A DNA stretch of 36,543 nt. Origin: Sphaeroforma arctica JP610. Lineage: Eukaryota. The position numbers were made by a program, and so were the translations under genes. The stretch's first letter is position 1. Every line of letters starts with the position of its first letter. This document shows positions 30,635 through 36,543 of the stretch, one piece after another. The stretch lies in assembly GCF_001186125.1 (NCBI RefSeq), contig NW_014040312.1, positions 41,135 to 77,677 on the forward strand, written 5' to 3'. The notes beneath the pieces are model-generated. The model was not told where the DNA came from. It searched no databases and was given only the letters and a program-made list of their open reading frames with translations.

Positions 30635-31245
30635 AAACAGCAATACTCTGAGGGATTGAGAGGCTGAGACATTGCCTATATATAATCCTCTCAGTACTGC
30701 TTCCGCCGAATGGATTTTATTTAGTGTTTCGTTGTCGCTCTATTGGAAACTATGGTATGTTTCGTTGGGGCGAATCCGAGAGACTCATAAAACTTTAGAA
30801 GAAGAAAAAAGAAGAAGAAATACTCTTGATGTCCAGAGTTATTGCATTAACCAATATCTTGGCACTTATCAAGAATTACCGACTTAGCCTTCATCAGACT
30901 GGCACATCTGGTTGGCTGAACGGAGGATAAACTAAGCAACGCTAATAGTCCTTAGAAACCTAGGTTCGGTTGAGCCATCTCGCTACCGAAGTTTTCAGTA
31001 TAAATAGATTTGGAAGGTAAATATAGTTATATTAATAGAACTAGACCAAATCTTATATTTGGTATTTTACTGAGGCCTTTTAATGGCCTTGTCCAAATAT
31101 CTGATATGTAAAATGGAAAAGGTATATAATTAATAAAACGGTTAAAAACCATTTAAGAGTTTACGTACTTTTAAGAGTACGTTTTACGTACTATTAAGAG
31201 TATGGCTATAATACAAGATTTTAATGTGGAGGCCCGGCTTTTACA
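30588..31245 (-). repeat. Right long inverted terminal repeat (~660 bp)
   Basis: Reverse complement of 24036-24813, about 85-90% identity by eye. Ends ...GGCTTTTACA. Confidence 0.92.
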
Positions 31246-31486
31246 TATGTTCCTGCAAAAGAGCATCACAGACCACGTGAGTTGCGGCCCAGGCAATGAG
31301 ATAAGCTTGAATGAAGTAGAATATCCCCACCTCAAGAAAATTATTCTTAAAAAATGATTATAGCCGAAGACTCTTCAATTCAAATTAAACAAATATTGCA
31401 CGGTAAAGTTGGTAAATGTACATTAAAAAAATGGAATCGTTGTCGCCAAATGTTGTTGTGGACAAAGTACCCTAGGCGGATATTTA

Positions 31487-31522
31487 GGACCGGACCAGAG
31501 GACCGGACCAGAGGACCGGACC
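31487..31522. repeat. 13-bp tandem repeat, ~2.8 copies
   Basis: GGACCGGACCAGA x2 followed by GGACCGGACC. Confidence 0.85.
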
Positions 31523-31696
31523 GATTAGTGGAATAGAGAATTAAACGAGATAAAAGTGATGACTCATACGAAACCATAGAGACGGGTATTTTTACATATC
31601 CCGATGGTAGAGAAAGTATCGTTCCACATAGGATCGTGATTAATAAATGTAGCAGGCGCGCCATTCCCAATGGCACTTCTGACTGAGTTCACTTAT

Positions 31697-31874
31697 TTCA
31701 GACTTAACACTCTTTACTAAGTGTTACTTGGTTTTGACCACATTTTTAAGTGACCGAACTACTGTATTTATTACATTTGTTCCTCACGGGTTAAGCTAAC
31801 TAAAATTAATTAGTCATGGATTTTTTTTGTGACACGATGAGTGAAGTCACTACGTGAACAAGAAAACCTGTGTT
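31697..31874 (-). repeat. Diverged repeat, inverted partner of 22545-22727
   Basis: See 22545-22727. Confidence 0.65.
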
Positions 31875-32879
31875 CGATTGTTGAAACGATTGCTTGGAAT
31901 TCATCTGCAGTCGCCATTGCATATTGATGAGGTGGCGACATAATTATCTTCTGATTTATTACCGGATGAAATACGAAAGCAGTGGTCTACACTACGCTAG
32001 GCCATTTATTATCTGAGACTCAACAATCGATTTCCGCGTTGGATAAGACCATTCAGCATATGAAAGGGGTTATCAAGCGGAGTGACAACTTAAGGCTGTT
32101 GGTACACGTGCAAAATGCTTAGGAGGTTATTTTGCTACTTTGGCTACTAAGTTAAAATTCCGGCAATTTTTCGTATATGAGTGACTCGTCTTAAGGCAAT
32201 GATACAGTCTGGACGGATACGACCATACGATTGAGAGGGACTCACGACAAATTTTGTCAGGTGCCGACCGGATTATACAAGTTCTGAACTTACCAGCTAT
32301 ACGCATGGGACAACTTCATACTTTTGCATCTAGGGCTGAGCCAGTCATCCCTGTGCAGGAGCTCGTGGATGTGATTAATTTAGTTAAAATGTATGCTGGT
32401 GGCTAAAGGACAACACTACAAGCTATTATTGGGTAGAACTGATTCGGAGCTGACTTGAAATTTTAAGGCGACGTATGTCGACCATATAAGATTCAAGTTT
32501 AAACGAATATAAAAACTTATCGAAGGTAGAAGTGATTGTTTGGACACATATTCAACCTGTCGACGGTCGAAGTGATTGCTTGGGCACCAACCGATATTGC
32601 AAGGAGATTTTATTACTAAGTTTGGGGGCAAGCTTTGATGTAAATTTTCCAAAGACGTCAATAACCGTCGTCATCACAGCTCAGGGATATTCAACGCATA
32701 CGGTGGATACTAACAGAAAGTCTTCAGAACAAACAAAAATTTGGGAAATATCACAAATTTTTCATATTTATGTGACATGACGCGACGGCACCTCGACTGG
32801 CGGCGGGGTAGAGACTGGCAGTGACGTATAGGGTTGCTTATGACGACATTACCTATGTGTAGGTCGACTTCAGTCATTA

Positions 32880-32946
32880 CACTTTGGAATGATGTCCGTC
32901 AGTTACAGGTCTTCCCCACTTTGGAATGATGTAAGTCAGCTACAGG
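32880..32946. repeat. 30-bp direct duplication with 37-bp period
   Basis: CACTTTGGAATGATGTCCGTCAGTTACAGG and CACTTTGGAATGATGTAAGTCAGCTACAGG. Confidence 0.85.
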
Positions 32947-34990
32947 CCGTCCAATCATTCGAAAGAGGAGTAAGGATACTCTCAGTCCTGCTTGCACAAT
33001 GTGCTAGCATATACGGCGTGCAATCATCTGAGTGACAGTGGTTAATTATGCTGCAGGCGGCACGGCTGGTGGCATGGTTCACTATATTTGATTCGATATC
33101 TATCGAAGATGCGGCACATACGTTTATGACTGCTTGGCTAATTGCTTGACTGGTGTCATAGACAATTGCTGATGATTTGTTCGCGAGCACAGCCTTGACA
33201 ATACTAACAATGCGGCTAGTCATTTATGCTGTGGACGGAGCTGCTGTTTATCTTTCGCGGGGATGCACGATATAAGGCACGCAAACATAGTACGAATGTT
33301 TCCAAGAATATGTTCTTGTAGGGTGCAGAATTGTTTACAGAAAATGTCAAACACTCGCAAAAGGGTGATTTGTGAGTACCGGTGCATGACTGGGTAGAGA
33401 GGCCACGGTCGATCAACTGTGGTATACTATGACCAGGAGACAAGTGGGTAGGACAAGGTGTACGTACCGCACTGGGTGACATTGTTGCAAGTATATGTGC
33501 GGAAACAAGTTACTTAGAGTAGACACAATCGACAAGGTCTGTCACACATGACGGGGAAAGATTATTTGGCAGATAATAAGTCTGCTATGGACCCGAGTGT
33601 TCACTAACAAGTATGTCTTACCCCGAGCGAATTTTACGCACACAGAGCTCTTTACATGGTGCTGACGTCAATACAAGCGTACAGCGAGAGGTGACACACA
33701 CGATAAAATATCCAGGAGCTACCGCTGGTGTTCCTATGCAGAGAAAACACTATGGGGTTGTGTGTATTGCAATGCATAACTTGGTGCGGGAGACATCATT
33801 CAGTTACAATCGACAACTTTGCTGTACGCTGACGAGTATAACGCAACAATTATGAGGCAGTGTGAAGATGACCAGGACGTTTTTATAAGGTGATACACTT
33901 AAAGTTGGACGCCAACGTGATGTGGCTTGTCGATGGGTCGACAATCGACTGCTGAGCGGTGGCGTTCCCGTGGGAGGACTTGCTATGGCTCGATGAAGAA
34001 TCGCTGTTCTGCTATGGTATTTTGGTGCTGCCACAAACTGCTGTGGATCGTTTCTTTGCTAATGGGATTTGGTGCTGCCGCGGGAGAAACTGCCGTGGCC
34101 GGAAGAAGGATTGATACTGGAATACTACGCTGGGGAGTTACCGCTAGAGGATTTGTCGAGACTGGGAGCGGATTACAACGACGAGATGGTGTTGCGCATC
34201 GCCGAGGATAGGCGGGGCGACAATCAAACATGGAAATGAATGCTTCTGTTGGTGACACAAGCGAGCTACCAGTTGATTACGTCTTCAGGAATACACGGGG
34301 TACAGTCGATTACAAGGCAAGATAATTTAAGGTAAGAGCTGCCTTGATCTGTGGTATGGATGACCAAGGCGGCGACATTGCGCAAGCGTGTGTTTATGTT
34401 CACATACAAGCGTATTATGTATTGGTGCAGGTAAATATAATTGACAGCACAGAAGCTGCAGGTGTGAATTACAGGTATGTGCGTGTCTAGAACAGACAAT
34501 TAGATAGACTGTATAGTATCGAGTATATAGGATATTTACATATACACACACTCTCGGTAGATTCTCAAATCAACAGAATTACACATATTTTATTATTATA
34601 TTAATAAACAGAAGGCTTATATTTTGATTAAGTTACTATAGCAGAGACACAACATACATAACACATACACACTAGCTGACACACCGCGTGTAGACATATA
34701 CAGAACATCAATCATGCAAAGGCATGGCTCATCGTAGCAAAACACTACGCGGTAATGCAAATAATATTAACATACACACAAGTTTAAGGCGCTGTGCGTC
34801 ACACATAGCATATTGCTACAAACAAATTGAAATCGATCAAACATTTCAAGGCCGACTCTATTGCCCAGCGCGGGAGGTTTAGAGAAAGCCGCCCATGAGT
34901 GGTGATCCCAGTGTGGAAGGTTCAGAGAACGCTACCCAGGAGTGGATCGTGCGGTCTAGCTACACGAGTGCTGGTTGTGTGTGGCAAGTA

Positions 34991-35304
34991 TATCTATATG
35001 CTTAGAGTATAGGCAAGCACCCTGTTGACTCTAACTCAGTGGCTAGCAACCCTGAGGACACGGCGCATTGAACTTTGCGTAGGCATTTTGAAGTCGGTGA
35101 GCAACCGCAGCCTCACTAACGTGTTGCATGGTATCATCACAGTCGACAGAATAGAACGTATGTTTATTTAGATGCTGAGAGTACAGGCGAGCACCCTGTT
35201 GACTTTTACTCAGAGGTGAGCAACCCTGAGGACACGCCGCATTGAACTTTGCGCGAAAACTTGAGAGTCGTTAGGAATCCGCAGTCTCAAGCGTGTTGCA
35301 TAGT
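34991..35304. repeat. Two diverged ~140-bp direct repeats, ~174-bp period
   Basis: AGCACCCTGTTGACT...GCAACCCTGAGGACACG.CGCATTGAACTTTGCG shared by 34991-35132 and 35165-35304. Confidence 0.88.
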
Positions 35305-35329
35305 CGCGTGAGTGGTGTTGAGTTGGATA

Positions 35330-35503
35330 ACATTATCACGTAAAAGTCGGAACGTGCTACATTGTTACGTAGGAGGCGGAACATGTACAACATCATTACG
35401 CAAGAGTCGGAACATGCAGGCATTATTACTTAACAGGTCGGAACGTGTAGCACTATTACGTAGGTGGCGGACCATGTATAATTACGTAGAAGTCGGAACG
35501 TGT
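35330..35503. repeat. ~30-bp minisatellite, ~6 diverged copies
   Basis: Consensus near CATTATTACGTAGGAGTCGGAACATGTA. Confidence 0.85.
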
Positions 35504-36543
35504 AAGGCGCTGTGACGGAGTCACCGAATGCGCGCCCAGCTCGAGTATGCTCATGAGGACAACATAACACACTCACACATTCAATACTATATCAAGAGTT
35601 TACAACTTTATTTTAAACACGAGAAGATAATAGTCCAATACATATGGACGGGTTGGTTAGGTACGGCATGTAGAGGCCACCTATACCCATCAATTACTAA
35701 TGATACAGGCATTTATATGCTTCGTCAAACCTGTGATAATAGAAGAAAGAGGACAGTACACTGTTATTTGAGCCATTATATAACATACTGGTAACCGCCC
35801 GCACCATAGACGGACGAGAAGCGAACAATTTTTGTTAAGGTTCATAAACGTTTTGCTTTTAGTCTAATGCGTGATACGCTTTTAATACAATGCGTTTACG
35901 TATACATTTACAGAAAAACGGGGCCTAGAAATGGGCCCGATTTTTGGATTTTTTTAACCGTTTTGAAAAAGGTTTACGTTTTAAAATAAAAGTTGCACGT
36001 TTTCCCATAAACGTTAGCATTTACATAACATGCAATAACCAACATATAACACATACAAACACGGATATCTCAGCAACTAAGCATGCTACAGCGCTCTCAT
36101 TTACACATAAGAGAGAACGCTGTTAGCAACACATTAACACCAAATATATATAGGTATCATACATATATGATAACAAATAATAATACATTCACGCCATCTC
36201 ATGTATAACAAACAGCACACCTATATAATAGTTGAGAAATCTCAATGCAATGGCACATAGACTATTCATAGAAAGACAATAAGTTACATAGATACTCATA
36301 AATATTATAGTATATAATAAAATGATAGTGGATGCCAATAACAGGACGTACAACATACGCTATAGTATAAGAGATTGCACGCACAATAGATTGAAGTCCA
36401 GGTGATGGTACTATGATATACACCATACATATATACACCTACAATAACCAACAATAATAATCAAGACTTACAAGGATATAGGCAATAACATATTCCGAAT
36501 ACATATCGGTATAACATGTACTTACATGTATATATACATAAAG

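Larger units (their letters stand above)
24036..31245 (+). mobile_element. Decayed Ty3/Gypsy-type retroelement (gag-PR-RT-RH-MTase-INT) bounded by long inverted repeats
   Basis: Starts TGTAATAAGCCGGGCCTCCACATTA and ends TAATGTGGAGGCCCGGCTTTTACA. Internal pol domains are as listed below, with several stops and frameshifts. No perfect TSD (left ACTGT, right TATGT). Confidence 0.85.

Noticed and set aside
24036..31245. Classification as a standard DIRS element or a Polinton/Ginger
   Set aside because: No tyrosine recombinase or internal complementary region was found, and RT/RH are Gypsy-type with a protease and DDE integrase. There is no protein-primed PolB or capsid, and Gingers lack RT.
35330..35503. 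CRISPR-like array of ~30-bp repeats
   Set aside because: Units are adjacent and degenerate with no unique spacers, the context is eukaryotic and there are no cas genes.

Overview
Intron-rich eukaryotic genomic DNA with (TA)n/(TG)n microsatellites at three assembly gaps. An opisthokont, possibly a unicellular holozoan, is only an impression. The first ~20 kb holds three conserved spliced genes whose exons can be traced by GT-AG junctions: the 5' part of an RNF121/RNF175-like RING membrane E3 ligase (minus, runs off the left edge), a mitochondrial 3-oxoacyl-ACP synthase (OXSM/FabF-type, plus, 9 exons) and a DDX3/Ded1 DEAD-box helicase (minus). Their introns carry decayed tandem copies of neighbouring exon ends, and DDX3 has an array of 27-nt micro-exon-like cassettes. 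The remaining ~16 kb is transposon territory. The standout is a 7.2-kb decayed retroelement (24036-31245) with a Ty3/Gypsy-type gag-PR-RT-RNaseH-DDE integrase. It carries a DIRS-type DNA N6-adenine methyltransferase domain (NPPW) between RNase H and integrase, and is bounded by ~660-780-bp INVERTED rather than direct long repeats with TG...CA ends. This could be a Gypsy/DIRS-hybrid element, or two oppositely oriented copies fused by deletion. A separate DIRS-like RT remnant, an older outer inverted repeat pair and several tandem repeats flank it. All protein family calls come from motif recognition by eye; no searches were run.
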